Assembly (NCBI GenBank): GCA_963662685.1
Contig: OY759745.1
Coordinates: 17,752 to 81,751 of the forward strand
DNA from: Bacteroidales bacterium
Lineage (GTDB): Bacteria; Bacteroidota; Bacteroidia; Bacteroidales; VadinHA17
Reading direction: 5' to 3'
DNA: 64,000 bases
A program made the position numbers and the translations under genes. The notes under the pieces are model-generated. The model made no database searches. It had not been told where the DNA came from and worked only from the letters and a program-made list of their open reading frames with translations. Shown here piece by piece: positions 34,748 through 44,706 of the stretch (position 1 is its first letter; each line of letters begins with the position of its first letter).

Positions 34748-35359
34748 TCAGTTTTTTTTCCTCGCTTTAAATCCCTTATAGATCAGATATATCACGAACA
34801 GGATACCCACAAAAATCATTATCTCCTTTAAATAAGGAAATATCTTGTCCTTTATTCCATACATAAAATAGCCTATAACAGCGAGTAAAATATTCCAAAT
34901 CAGTGCTCCAGCGAGAGTATAGAGAGAAAAATCCCTCAATCCCATCTTAGACAAACCAGCGGGAATAGATATTAACTGCCTTACAGCTGGAACAAGTCTG
35001 CCAATGAAGGTGGAAACCTTTCCGTTTTTAATAAAATAGTTTTCAGCATGTTCTACCTTCTCCCTTGAGAGAAGACACATCTTTCCAAGAGTAGATTCAG
35101 AGAACCTGTAGATAATGGGTCTGCCAAGCCATACTGACAAAAAATAATTTATATATGCGCCCAAAAGAGCTCCGACAGTACCTAAAAGCACTACAAGAAA
35201 AACATTAAGGTCTCCTTCAGCCGCCTTATAAGCGGCAAATGGAATCACTACTTCTGACGGGAACGGAATAAAAGAACTTTCAATTGTCATTAACAACATT
35301 ATCGAAAGGTAATTCAGGTTGGCCATATACCAGTCGATTACTGTGTGAAAAATATCCAT
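34748..35359 (-). CDS. DedA/SNARE-associated family membrane protein
   Basis: LLMTIESSFIPFPSEVV and GRLVPAVRQLISIPAG are DedA signatures. The ATG at 35359 is preferred because the track start at 35455 overlaps the upstream gene. Confidence 0.8.
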   Translation of the reverse strand: MDIFHTVIDWYMANLNYLSIMLLMTIESSFIPFPSEVVIPFAAYKAAEGDLNVFLVVLLGTVGALLGAYINYFLSVWLGRPIIYRFSESTLGKMCLLSREKVEHAENYFIKNGKVSTFIGRLVPAVRQLISIPAGLSKMGLRDFSLYTLAGALIWNILLAVIGYFMYGIKDKIFPYLKEIMIFVGILFVIYLIYKGFKARKKN

Positions 35360-35451
35360 ATTACAATTATGCTTGAAACGGCTCAAATATAAATCATTTA
35401 TTTGATGCTTCCATAATGTTTTCCTGCACAGGAGAGGGAAAATAGTATCTA

Positions 35452-37026
35452 TCAAAAGGGAAAATCATCCAAACCTGACCGCACCGGCTCTTCATTCTCG
35501 GGTCTTCTTGAAGTCTTATGAACAGGAGAACCATCAACATATATGGCCTTATAAGGAGTCATAGGACAGGAATACTCACAATGACCGCAACCAATGCACA
35601 GTGATGGATCCACTTCAGGAATAAGCAGGTTGCCCTCATAGGGAATCAGGTAAACAGCCTTAGTAGGACAACTCTCAGAGCAGGCACCACAAGCTGTCTT
35701 TTCAATTTTAACAATACAATTGTCTTTTATAAAATGTGATATCCCGATCTGGGTGCTTTTCTTCGCTTCAACAGTAAGTAAAGATAAAGCATTAGTAGGG
35801 CAAACCTCAGAACAGGCGGCACAATCATAATCGCAGAAACCTTTTCCGTAGTTCATCACAGGTTGCATCATTCCCCATATCCCATACTCTTTCAGAGAAG
35901 GCCGCAATACATTTGTGGGGCATATACTGATACATAAAGAACATGCGGTACATTTCGCATTAAAACTCTCGAAATCACCTGAGCCAGGAGGCATAACAGG
36001 GAAACTCCTCTCCTCCTCCACTGTCGATTCAATTGTTGGGATAATATTGGCTTCCTGTGCCCTAACCGTTGAAGGAATACCGATAGCGAAAGCTACAGAA
36101 CCGGCAACAAACTTACGTCTGTCCATGCCTTCGCCACCACCATCCTTTGAAGGCGGCATCTCTTTTTTTAGGCTCAAGAATCCAAACGAAATAGCTTTTT
36201 CGGGACAGGTTTTTATACAATTAAAACAATTCACGCACCTGGAAAGATCCACCTCATTTTTCATAAAGTCGATACAGGATGATTTGCATGAGACGGCGCA
36301 TCTGCCGCATCTGGAGCATTTTGACTTATCAAATTTAATTCTGAAAAGTGAAATCTTAGCGATTAATCCAAGAAATGTTCCAACCGGACAAATTGTATTA
36401 CAATACAATCTTCCTTTGGTAAACGACATTATACCTACAATAATAAAAAACAGACCGGGTATTATATATGCGGACAGCCGATAGCCTACCACATTGACCC
36501 TGGCTATTGAATAGAGATCAAATTTTTCCAGGAGTGACGCTAACAGATTATTGAACAGGGAAACTAAAGGCTGCACAAAAAACAATACTCCTCTACCGAA
36601 AATGCTGTATGGATCGAGAAGAGTCAACAAATAGCCGCTTGAAAAAATGGTCATTATCAGGACAGCGGCAAGTAACGTATAACGAACAATAGTATGAGGT
36701 TTGCGATAACCGAAACGCCTGAATTTTTTTTTAAATCTTCCACCAATCCTACTATTAATATCCTGCGCTATACCCAGAGGGCATAAAAAAGAACAGTACG
36801 TCTTTCCTGTCACAAACGTCAGTACCAACACTATCAGAAAAGAGGCAGAAAGTATAGTGCCCGTATCAAAATACTTAATTACCGAAGGTACAAATTGAAC
36901 AGACAGTAGTATTTCTATCCATCTCTCCGGAATAAGATGCTTTAAATCAACAAACACCAACAAGAAACAAATAAAAACTATTCCTGAAAAGATGGTACGG
37001 AACAACTTAAGCAAGCTACGCCTCAT
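35452..37026 (-). CDS. Membrane poly-ferredoxin (NapH/MauN-like N-terminal membrane part plus multiple 4Fe-4S motifs)
   Basis: Cys motifs: CPLGIAQD, CNTICPVGTF, CSRCGRCAVSC, CVNCFNCIKTCP, CTACSLCISICP, CAACSEVCP, CGACSESCP, CIGCGHCEYSCP. An internal twin-Arg-like segment (MDRRKFVAGSVAF) is present. Confidence 0.8.
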   Translation of the reverse strand: MRRSLLKLFRTIFSGIVFICFLLVFVDLKHLIPERWIEILLSVQFVPSVIKYFDTGTILSASFLIVLVLTFVTGKTYCSFLCPLGIAQDINSRIGGRFKKKFRRFGYRKPHTIVRYTLLAAVLIMTIFSSGYLLTLLDPYSIFGRGVLFFVQPLVSLFNNLLASLLEKFDLYSIARVNVVGYRLSAYIIPGLFFIIVGIMSFTKGRLYCNTICPVGTFLGLIAKISLFRIKFDKSKCSRCGRCAVSCKSSCIDFMKNEVDLSRCVNCFNCIKTCPEKAISFGFLSLKKEMPPSKDGGGEGMDRRKFVAGSVAFAIGIPSTVRAQEANIIPTIESTVEEERSFPVMPPGSGDFESFNAKCTACSLCISICPTNVLRPSLKEYGIWGMMQPVMNYGKGFCDYDCAACSEVCPTNALSLLTVEAKKSTQIGISHFIKDNCIVKIEKTACGACSESCPTKAVYLIPYEGNLLIPEVDPSLCIGCGHCEYSCPMTPYKAIYVDGSPVHKTSRRPENEEPVRSGLDDFPF

Positions 37027-37031
37027 CGGGT

Positions 37032-37955
37032 CTACATTTTTATTCTGTTTATTTCTAGAGTATCAAGGTTCATATTCCCGACACCCATATCATGGGCTAA
37101 AGGAATATAACCGACATCTTTGGGGTCCAAACCCAGCATCAAGGCGCCAGCGGCATCAGCCGCTACCCAGTCTGTTGATAAAATTTGCGATTTCATCAAC
37201 ACCAGATCTTCTTTAGAAATGCCACGCGGTCCGTTCTTCACCATAACATTGTAGCAGTCAACCACGTTCAATACCGGTTTTTTCTGGTATAAGGCATAAT
37301 CCGCTATACACTGGTTTATATCATTAGCATGCCAGAAATCGCGATCCCAGACAACCCCCATCATATTTTGCAAAGATGCGGTCATCAGCGTAGAGTTATG
37401 ATTTTTCAAAACAGGTACATTAATAAAAATATCTGTTTCCAATAGTTGTTGGTGCACTTTTACGGTCTTAAGCTTCACCCCTCCTGCAATTTCGATATCC
37501 TCATAATACTTTTCGGTATTGGCCGGTACAATCTTACCTCCAGCATCCTTAACGGCCTTTTCTATACCAGAATTTTTATAGCAATCAGACCAGTTATCAT
37601 ATGAATGATCAAAGACGTACACATCTTTAGCACCAGCCTTGAAACAATGCTCAATGATTCTTTTCACAAGGGCAGGGTTGGTATTAGCCGCCAGTTCGGG
37701 AACAACATCCCATCCAATATCAGGTTTTACCAAAATCTTCTGGCCCTTTGATACGAATGCCCCCATACCGCCAAGTTGCTGTATTCCCAAATCGAACATA
37801 GCCTCTGGCTCTCCGTTCATTAGAGCGATCAAATCATATTTTGAAGCGTAGGAAACACTTCCGGACAAGCCTGTCACGGATCCAAGACCAAGAACAGTAC
37901 CGGTAGCCATTCCGGCAATCGTAGATTTTTTCAGAAAATCTCTTCTATTCATCAC
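37032..37955 (-). CDS. TAT-exported DUF362-like protein
   Basis: Twin-arginine signal MMNRRDFLKKSTIAGMATG. The DUF362 assignment comes from my recollection of the family pattern and is the weaker part. Confidence 0.55.
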   Translation of the reverse strand: MMNRRDFLKKSTIAGMATGTVLGLGSVTGLSGSVSYASKYDLIALMNGEPEAMFDLGIQQLGGMGAFVSKGQKILVKPDIGWDVVPELAANTNPALVKRIIEHCFKAGAKDVYVFDHSYDNWSDCYKNSGIEKAVKDAGGKIVPANTEKYYEDIEIAGGVKLKTVKVHQQLLETDIFINVPVLKNHNSTLMTASLQNMMGVVWDRDFWHANDINQCIADYALYQKKPVLNVVDCYNVMVKNGPRGISKEDLVLMKSQILSTDWVAADAAGALMLGLDPKDVGYIPLAHDMGVGNMNLDTLEINRIKM

Positions 37956-38070
37956 GTGCCAACTATTAGCTTTACAAAGTTACAACATTTTTATTTATAA
38001 TATTAGATTTTGAACGTTAAGGGGTATTATTATCAGATATTACCTATCTTTATCTGACAAAAAATTAAGT

Positions 38071-39243
38071 ATGAGAATTCTTTACTACGACTGTTTTTCG
38101 GGCATTAGCGGCGACATGAACCTTGGGGCGATGATTGATTTGGGCGTTGACAAGAAATATCTTTTGGATCAGTTAAACAGTCTTTGGTTGGAAGGTTGGG
38201 AATTAATCGTGGAAAAAGATCAACGGCATGGAATTACGGGAACAAAAGTAACTGTAAAACAGACAAAACATGAGCATATTCACAGGCATTTATCAGATAT
38301 TGAAAAGATAATAGACGGATCGGGATTAAAAGCCGAAGACAAGACCTTAAGCAGGAAAATATTCGAAGCAGTAGCTCAAGCCGAAGCTAAAGTGCATAAT
38401 GTGCCGGTTGACAAGATACATTTTCATGAGGTAGGTGCCATCGATTCTATCATTGACATTGTCGGTGCCGCAATCTGCTTCAATTCTCTTGGTATTGATG
38501 AGGTACATGTTTCTGCAGTAGAATTAGGAAGAGGTTCGGTGAAATGCGCTCACGGCATTTTGCCTGTACCGACCCCCGCCACCGTGGAAATCATAAAGGG
38601 AATACCTGTATCCAAAGATGGTGTGAATTTTGAAGCGACTACACCGACAGGTGCCGCTATAATCGCTACCCTGGGCAATTGTTTCGAAGAAAAGGGATCA
38701 TTTAAAATAGAAAAATGCGGGTATGGAATAGGACAAAGAGAAAATCCGGAGAGACCAAACATATTACGTCTCTTTATCGGGGAATCGGATGAGTCGTCAT
38801 CCGTAGATAACGCGATACAGATAGAATGCAATATTGATGACATGAATCCTGAATGGTATGGATACATTTCCGGACGTCTCTTCGATTCCGGTGCCTCAGA
38901 TGTTTTTTACTCCAGCATTACGATGAAGAAAGGAAGACCATCCATGTTACTAAGTGTCATTTGCGCAAAAGAGAAAGAAAAGGAGCTTAAAGAGATTATT
39001 TTTACGGAAACGACTACTCTGGGCGTAAGGATTTTCCCTTTCAGAAAAGAGACATTAGCCAGAAAATTTGAGAGAGTTAATACTCCTTTGGGTCCGGTAA
39101 GAATTAAAAGATCGTTTCTGGATGGGCGGTTAGTTACAGAAAAACCTGAGTATGAAGATTGTAAAAAAATAGCGAAAGAGAAAGAATTGCCATTAAAAAA
39201 AGTGTATGACGGCATACTGTCGTTCATAAAAAAGGATGTATGA
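38071..39243 (+). CDS. larC: LarC nickel-insertion protein (nickel-pincer nucleotide cofactor biosynthesis)
   Basis: MRILYYDCFSGISGDMNLGAMIDLGV and HFHEVGAIDSIIDIVG are the DUF111/LarC signature. Confidence 0.85.
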   Translation: MRILYYDCFSGISGDMNLGAMIDLGVDKKYLLDQLNSLWLEGWELIVEKDQRHGITGTKVTVKQTKHEHIHRHLSDIEKIIDGSGLKAEDKTLSRKIFEAVAQAEAKVHNVPVDKIHFHEVGAIDSIIDIVGAAICFNSLGIDEVHVSAVELGRGSVKCAHGILPVPTPATVEIIKGIPVSKDGVNFEATTPTGAAIIATLGNCFEEKGSFKIEKCGYGIGQRENPERPNILRLFIGESDESSSVDNAIQIECNIDDMNPEWYGYISGRLFDSGASDVFYSSITMKKGRPSMLLSVICAKEKEKELKEIIFTETTTLGVRIFPFRKETLARKFERVNTPLGPVRIKRSFLDGRLVTEKPEYEDCKKIAKEKELPLKKVYDGILSFIKKDV

Positions 39244-40061
39244 GCAATAACAACAAGCTATCTAGATTTGATGAGTTGATAAGAAAGTCGGGAAAGACGG
39301 CAATAGCTTTCTCCGGCGGAGTTGATAGTTCTTTTCTGCTGCACAGGGCGAGTAATATCGGGGGAGATAAAATTGTCGCCGTCACTGTCAACACACCCTA
39401 CATGTCATCTCGTGAAACCGAAGATGCCGTAGAGTTCACAAAGCAACATGAGATACTTCATAAAATAATAAATATACCTATCCCGGCAAATATTAGGTAC
39501 AACCCTGCCGACAGATGCTATTTGTGCAAAAAAACAATCTTCGGACATATAACAAAATATGCTAATGAAAATGGTTTCTCCTCTGTATTTGATGGCACTA
39601 ACGGGGACGACATTCTGGAAATAAGGCCCGGAATAAAGGCGCTTCATGAACTGAACATAATAAGTCCACTGGCCGAAGCCGGTATGACAAAAAAGGATAT
39701 CAGAAAATACGCTAAAAAAGTAAATCTATCAATTTGGTCTAAACCCGCTATGAGCTGCCTTATGACCAGAATACCGCACGACACTGAAATCACCGAAAAA
39801 ATTTTGGAAATGATAACAAAGTCTGAGGCTGTTCTGTTTGATTCCGGATACCCGGGTTCAAGGGTAAGGATACATGGCGACGTGGCCAGGGTAGAATGTA
39901 TTCAGGGCTACATGAAAAAACTGATATCAGATCCTGACCGGGAAAAAATAGTTTATAAAATCAAAGAAGCGGGTTTCGCCTTCGTCTCATTGGATATGGA
40001 GGGATACCGCAGCGGAAGTATGGATATACCATTTAACAAATTTAACAACAATGACAAATAA
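39240..40061 (+). CDS. larE: LarE ATP-dependent sacrificial sulfur transferase
   Basis: PP-loop AFSGGVDSSFL, a Cys-containing segment MSCLMTRIP, and a 4-nt overlap with larC. Confidence 0.85.
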   Translation: MSNNNKLSRFDELIRKSGKTAIAFSGGVDSSFLLHRASNIGGDKIVAVTVNTPYMSSRETEDAVEFTKQHEILHKIINIPIPANIRYNPADRCYLCKKTIFGHITKYANENGFSSVFDGTNGDDILEIRPGIKALHELNIISPLAEAGMTKKDIRKYAKKVNLSIWSKPAMSCLMTRIPHDTEITEKILEMITKSEAVLFDSGYPGSRVRIHGDVARVECIQGYMKKLISDPDREKIVYKIKEAGFAFVSLDMEGYRSGSMDIPFNKFNNNDK

Positions 40062-40800
40062 AGAGTTAACGATAATACTGGAAGAGGTTAAACAAGGGTC
40101 AAGAAGTATTGAATCTGTTGTTGACATGTTAAAAAATTATCCATACGCCGAACTGGGTTTTGCCAAAATAGATCATCACAGGGAGTTGAGAACCGGTTAT
40201 CCCGAAATAATATACTGTGCCGGGAAAACAGTTAAACAGGTAACTGACATCTTTTTCCACATGGCCGGGAGTGAAAACAATATCGTTGGCACAAGAGCCA
40301 CTTCCGAAATGTTTAATATGGTCAGGGACATGTTACCCAAAGCGGTCTTTTATGAGACCGCGAGAATTATCTCGGTAAAAAACAAAAATCCAGAAAAACC
40401 ATCTTCTTTGATCGGTGTAATAACTGCCGGAACATCAGACATGCCTGTCGCTGAAGAAGCGGCAGTAACCTCGGAGCTATTGGGTAACGATGTCATCCGG
40501 ATCTATGATGCGGGAGTATCAGGAATTCACAGGTTATTCGACAAATTAGACGAAATAAGAAAATGTAAAGTTTTGATTGTCATCGCCGGGATGGAAGGAG
40601 CATTGGCCAGTGTAGTGGGCGGATTGGTAGATGTTCCTGTCATCGCGGTTCCTACAAGCATTGGCTACGGCGCCAACCTTGGTGGAATATCCGCACTTCT
40701 GGCCATGCTAACCAGTTGTTCTGCCGGAGTTACGGTTGTTAATATTGACAATGGGTTCGGAGCCGGTTTTACAGCCAGCTTGATAAACAAATTACGTTAG
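40051..40800 (+). CDS. larB: LarB (pyridinium-3,5-biscarboxylic acid mononucleotide synthase, AIR-carboxylase-like)
   Basis: GVITAGTSDMPVAEEA and IAGMEGALASVVGG. It overlaps the larE end. Confidence 0.85.
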   Translation: MTNKELTIILEEVKQGSRSIESVVDMLKNYPYAELGFAKIDHHRELRTGYPEIIYCAGKTVKQVTDIFFHMAGSENNIVGTRATSEMFNMVRDMLPKAVFYETARIISVKNKNPEKPSSLIGVITAGTSDMPVAEEAAVTSELLGNDVIRIYDAGVSGIHRLFDKLDEIRKCKVLIVIAGMEGALASVVGGLVDVPVIAVPTSIGYGANLGGISALLAMLTSCSAGVTVVNIDNGFGAGFTASLINKLR

Positions 40801-40810
40801 AGACTGAGTA

Positions 40811-41431
40811 ATGAACGGATTTCTTTTTTCCACATCTTATCTTCCTCCAATTGAATACATACATAAGATGACAGAAGCAGGGGAGATTTGGATCGAAACG
40901 AACGAAAACTATATCAAACAGAGTTACCGCAACAGGTGTTACATACTTTCAGCCAACGGGCCCCAGGCTTTGACTGTACCTGTTTTGCTCGGCAGTTTTC
41001 ACAAAACGGCCATAAAGGATATCAGGATAGACTACTCCAAAAGATGGCAGCAGGTACATTTAAAGGCAATTGTTTCAGCTTACAACAACGCTCCTTATTT
41101 TCAGTACTACTACGAAGAGATCGAAAAAACTATTATGAGGGGAACTGAATTCCTGATCGATCTCAACACAAAATTATTGAATATACTGCTACACTCTATG
41201 CGGATAGACAATACAGTAAGGTTCACCGAGAAATTTATTGCCACCGAAGAGAGTCCGGATGATTTCCGTTACAGCATATCTCCAAAAAACAAATCTGCAT
41301 ATACATATCCTGAGTATATACATGTATTTCCGTATAAAAATAATATTCACGGATTGAGCGTAATAGATCTTCTCTTTAATAATGGACCCGACTCATTGGG
41401 AATGCTTCGGATCAGGAAGCAGAGTCAATAA
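40811..41431 (+). CDS. WbqC-family protein
   Basis: SYLPPIEYIHKM and NYIKQSYRNRCYI are typical of the WbqC family. Confidence 0.65.
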   Translation: MNGFLFSTSYLPPIEYIHKMTEAGEIWIETNENYIKQSYRNRCYILSANGPQALTVPVLLGSFHKTAIKDIRIDYSKRWQQVHLKAIVSAYNNAPYFQYYYEEIEKTIMRGTEFLIDLNTKLLNILLHSMRIDNTVRFTEKFIATEESPDDFRYSISPKNKSAYTYPEYIHVFPYKNNIHGLSVIDLLFNNGPDSLGMLRIRKQSQ

Positions 41432-41455
41432 CGTTTAATAAGGCGTTATAAATGT

Positions 41456-42982
41456 CTAAAACCTGAAACCAAACGTAAGTGAAAAATTATTTGTCGTATA
41501 GTCTATATCAGCAATAGATGTCTCTGTCGGCGCGGTATATAAAATATATGTCTGCGGAGCAAACAGGGAAGAATAGCCAAAGTCGATCACAAATCTGCCC
41601 GTACGCAGGCCTACACCTCCAGCAATCATATTTTTCGATTTTCCGGAATTGTAATCCCCCTCTTCCCAAGGTGAACCGTAATATGCGTAACCTCCCCTTA
41701 AATAAAGCATAGAAACCCTGAATTCGGCTCCTACCCTAAAGTTGTTAGCCATCCTGAGATAGTTCCTGATATCAGTGTTGTGTTCAGTATAGTCGTATCC
41801 ATCACCTGTTTCTGAAAACCTGGCACCACCATAGTCTACCAACTCATAGTCCATGCTGACCATTCCAAAATCAGCAATCTGGTATGCCGCTCCGAACATT
41901 GCGCGCGAAGGGGTTTTTAGTTTGTATTCATACCTAGAAGTATTGTTCGAAACACTGTAACTGGTATTGCTCCTTCTGCCGGTAACACCGGTAAAATAAG
42001 TAGACATATTATCCGAAACATACTCTTCAACCCTGTAGATTGTTGGTGTATGGTAGGCGAACGCCAGTCGAAGCGACTCCACTGGTTTATATATCGCTCC
42101 AAATTTAAAATTAAAGCCGCTGGCAGAGTTGGAATATGTAAGCGTATAGTTGAAACTAGAGAGCAAAGAAGATAAGCCAAGATCTTCCGGAACGGTCTCA
42201 CTATGCTGATATGTATTGCTATACTCAAAGCTCGCGAAACCCAAGGTTGCCCCCAAATAAAGCTTATTGGAAATATTGGCTCCAACGGAGAAAGCGTTTT
42301 CCCTGGAGTATCCTTTGGATGAGATTAACCGTTTTATCGTCTGCCCGTACACAGGGTCCTCTCCCCCATAATTAGAGAAAGCCGATCCATAGGTAGTATA
42401 TTGATTCGACACAGTATCGATCAGATATGAATTCCATGCCAGATATGTGTCGGGTACGTTTGATGCCAGTTCATCTGAATAGTATCCGCCTCCATCAGGA
42501 TAACCATTAGAGGCGACATCGGTCCAATAGTCGGCCATAGAACTGTTATTACCTATACCTTTAACAATAGCCGATTGGTCATAGTTATTCGTCATATTCA
42601 ATGAATAACCAAAATTCAGGGCAACCAGGCCACTCTCTCTGTTCGAAAACGACATGGAAGAGACAACACCTAACTGAGATAAATTAAAACCAATCATCTC
42701 GTCTTCAGTGTTATTATTTTTAAAATAACTCATAGATTTACTACTATTCAACATCGGAGTAAAGGTAAATTCCGAAGAACGGTATACACCAAGTCCGGCC
42801 GGGTTCTGACTCAAGGAAGAAAGGTCCCCTCCCAGTGCGGTAAAGGCTCCCGCCATTGAGTTAAACCTGGCCGTACCACTCTGAATCTGCTCAGAATATC
42901 TCAGGGCATCGTCAATATTCTGTGATATAGCGGAAACTGTAACCGACAACAATATTACCGATACAAATATTATCTTTTTCAT
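41456..42982 (-). CDS. FadL/TodX-like outer-membrane beta-barrel protein
   Basis: Signal peptide MKKIIFVSVILLSVTVSAISQ, an N-terminal hatch-like SQNPAGLGVY, alternating beta-strand pattern, and a C-terminal ...FGFRF. The ATG at 42982 is preferred. Confidence 0.65.
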   Translation of the reverse strand: MKKIIFVSVILLSVTVSAISQNIDDALRYSEQIQSGTARFNSMAGAFTALGGDLSSLSQNPAGLGVYRSSEFTFTPMLNSSKSMSYFKNNNTEDEMIGFNLSQLGVVSSMSFSNRESGLVALNFGYSLNMTNNYDQSAIVKGIGNNSSMADYWTDVASNGYPDGGGYYSDELASNVPDTYLAWNSYLIDTVSNQYTTYGSAFSNYGGEDPVYGQTIKRLISSKGYSRENAFSVGANISNKLYLGATLGFASFEYSNTYQHSETVPEDLGLSSLLSSFNYTLTYSNSASGFNFKFGAIYKPVESLRLAFAYHTPTIYRVEEYVSDNMSTYFTGVTGRRSNTSYSVSNNTSRYEYKLKTPSRAMFGAAYQIADFGMVSMDYELVDYGGARFSETGDGYDYTEHNTDIRNYLRMANNFRVGAEFRVSMLYLRGGYAYYGSPWEEGDYNSGKSKNMIAGGVGLRTGRFVIDFGYSSLFAPQTYILYTAPTETSIADIDYTTNNFSLTFGFRF

Positions 42983-43084
42983 CTGTCTGGAATTTTTTAT
43001 TTTCTGAATGTTCCGGAAGTTTACATACATTCAGGAATTCACTTAATTTTTTAATCAATTCTTTCTGTACACGAGCCTGTAATT

Positions 43085-44428
43085 CTAACGTCTGCCACCC
43101 GATGATGAACTTCCACTGGATGATCTTGAGGAAGAGGAAGAGGAAGAAGAGGATGACCGTGAAGAAGAGGATGATGGGGCTATCGATCTCGACGAAGAAG
43201 ATGGGACCGATATCCTGCTTCCCGCACTTGAAGGAACTGATGATCTGTTCGATACGGACGGTACTGAAGACCTGCTGGAACTTCCCGAAGGCAATGAATA
43301 GGAATTCGATGAAGAACTGCTCCTTGTAGAGGTATTGTTAGTACTCCGGTTCACTGAAGGTAGCGTCACATTTGAATTGGTATTTGTACTCGACCGTGTA
43401 GTCGTTGTATTATACGACGGTCTGGTGGTCGTTCTGTTATTACTATACGTTGGAGTATATGTCCTGTTAACAGAGTTATATTGAGGACGGGTAACCGTCT
43501 CACTGTTACTGGTCGATGGATTGACAGTAGTAGTGGTGGGCACTGAACTCCTGGTAGCTGTCGTTGTATTCGTGCTCCTGTTTTCAGTAGCGCTCCTCGC
43601 AGTACTGGTTGATTGTGTCCTGCTAACAGTAGATGCTGCTGTACGGTTTGTTGATGAAACGCTCCTCTCGGAAACGGAACCGGAGCCTGCGGTAGCAGTT
43701 GGAGCGACTGTCCTCCTTGCGGTTGAAAGAGGCGTTCTTGAGGAAGAAAGAGACCTGCTCGCCGCAAGGTTGCTGCTACGCATCGAGGAAATAGCTCCTG
43801 TGCCGGCCGTACTGCTTGTCGACAGGTTACTTATACGATCCCGTCTGCCATATTGAACATTTTCAACATAAAATATGTTTACAGGTCTGTACGAGTAGTA
43901 GTAAGGATAGTAATAATCGTAACGATACCAGTACGGGTTATAATATCCGGAATAGCCATAGTAACTTGAATACGGATAATAGTAATCATAGTAGAAAGGA
44001 TCATAATAATATGGATAGTTCCAGCTATAATAGAGAGAACTTCTCCAATATGGATAAAAATAGTTCCCATGGAACATTGTTATCCTGTTGGCGTACGAAA
44101 AATTATCAGCCGCACTTTCGTAATAGTTGTTGTTTACATAAGTGGTGTGGCCATTTTCATCAACGTATACCTCATCGTATCCCAAAGCATCATAATACTC
44201 ATCCGACACCAGGGTGTCGGCCGTATATTTATTATTATAATATTCAGAAGATTGAAGGGTACGATCCCTGTCCTTATCGGTAACAACGGACGCAGAGCTT
44301 ACCACCTGTTTCTGGGAGGGACGATAATAGAGATCGTCAAACTCTCCCCCGCTCTGAACATACATGCTCGTGGAGCAAGATGTTGCGACAAACAAGGCTA
44401 AAACTGGTATGTACTTAATCGCTTTCAT
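43085..44428 (-). CDS. Lipoprotein with a Tyr-rich N-terminal half and a Ser/Thr/Arg/Asn-rich low-complexity tail
   Basis: Lipobox LALFVATSC. Tyr-rich stretch: YYYPYSSYYGYSGYYNPYWYRYDYYYPYYYSYRP. About 250 aa of S/T/R/N-rich sequence follow, ending ...SSSSSSSSSSRSSSGSSSSGGRR. Confidence 0.75.
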   Translation of the reverse strand: MKAIKYIPVLALFVATSCSTSMYVQSGGEFDDLYYRPSQKQVVSSASVVTDKDRDRTLQSSEYYNNKYTADTLVSDEYYDALGYDEVYVDENGHTTYVNNNYYESAADNFSYANRITMFHGNYFYPYWRSSLYYSWNYPYYYDPFYYDYYYPYSSYYGYSGYYNPYWYRYDYYYPYYYSYRPVNIFYVENVQYGRRDRISNLSTSSTAGTGAISSMRSSNLAASRSLSSSRTPLSTARRTVAPTATAGSGSVSERSVSSTNRTAASTVSRTQSTSTARSATENRSTNTTTATRSSVPTTTTVNPSTSNSETVTRPQYNSVNRTYTPTYSNNRTTTRPSYNTTTTRSSTNTNSNVTLPSVNRSTNNTSTRSSSSSNSYSLPSGSSSRSSVPSVSNRSSVPSSAGSRISVPSSSSRSIAPSSSSSRSSSSSSSSSSRSSSGSSSSGGRR

Positions 44429-44706
44429 CGAAGTATAATTTATTTTAACTGCCTTTTAAACCTCCTTACCGATCCACTTAATATAGTTTTAAATCCAAGT
44501 ACGAAAGTTTAATTTCACTATTCCTAAATTTTTAAAAGCAAAAATTGTACCAAAGAGCTACCACAAACACTTAAAAAGAATGATTGAGCCCTTAAATTTA
44601 ACGGCTCAATCACCCCGGCATCTTATTTCTCTCCAACCTGGCACATAGACCCCTTTTACATCCAGGCAATCAGAGCAATTCCTTGCCGTAAAGATGTGTC
44701 ATTCTA

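Noticed and set aside
40888-41148. 86-aa plus-strand ORF inside the WbqC gene, plus similar nested ORFs (2086-2280, 21635-21817, 30527-30712, 60150-60359)
   Set aside because: They are alternative-frame ORFs nested within longer, motif-supported genes.
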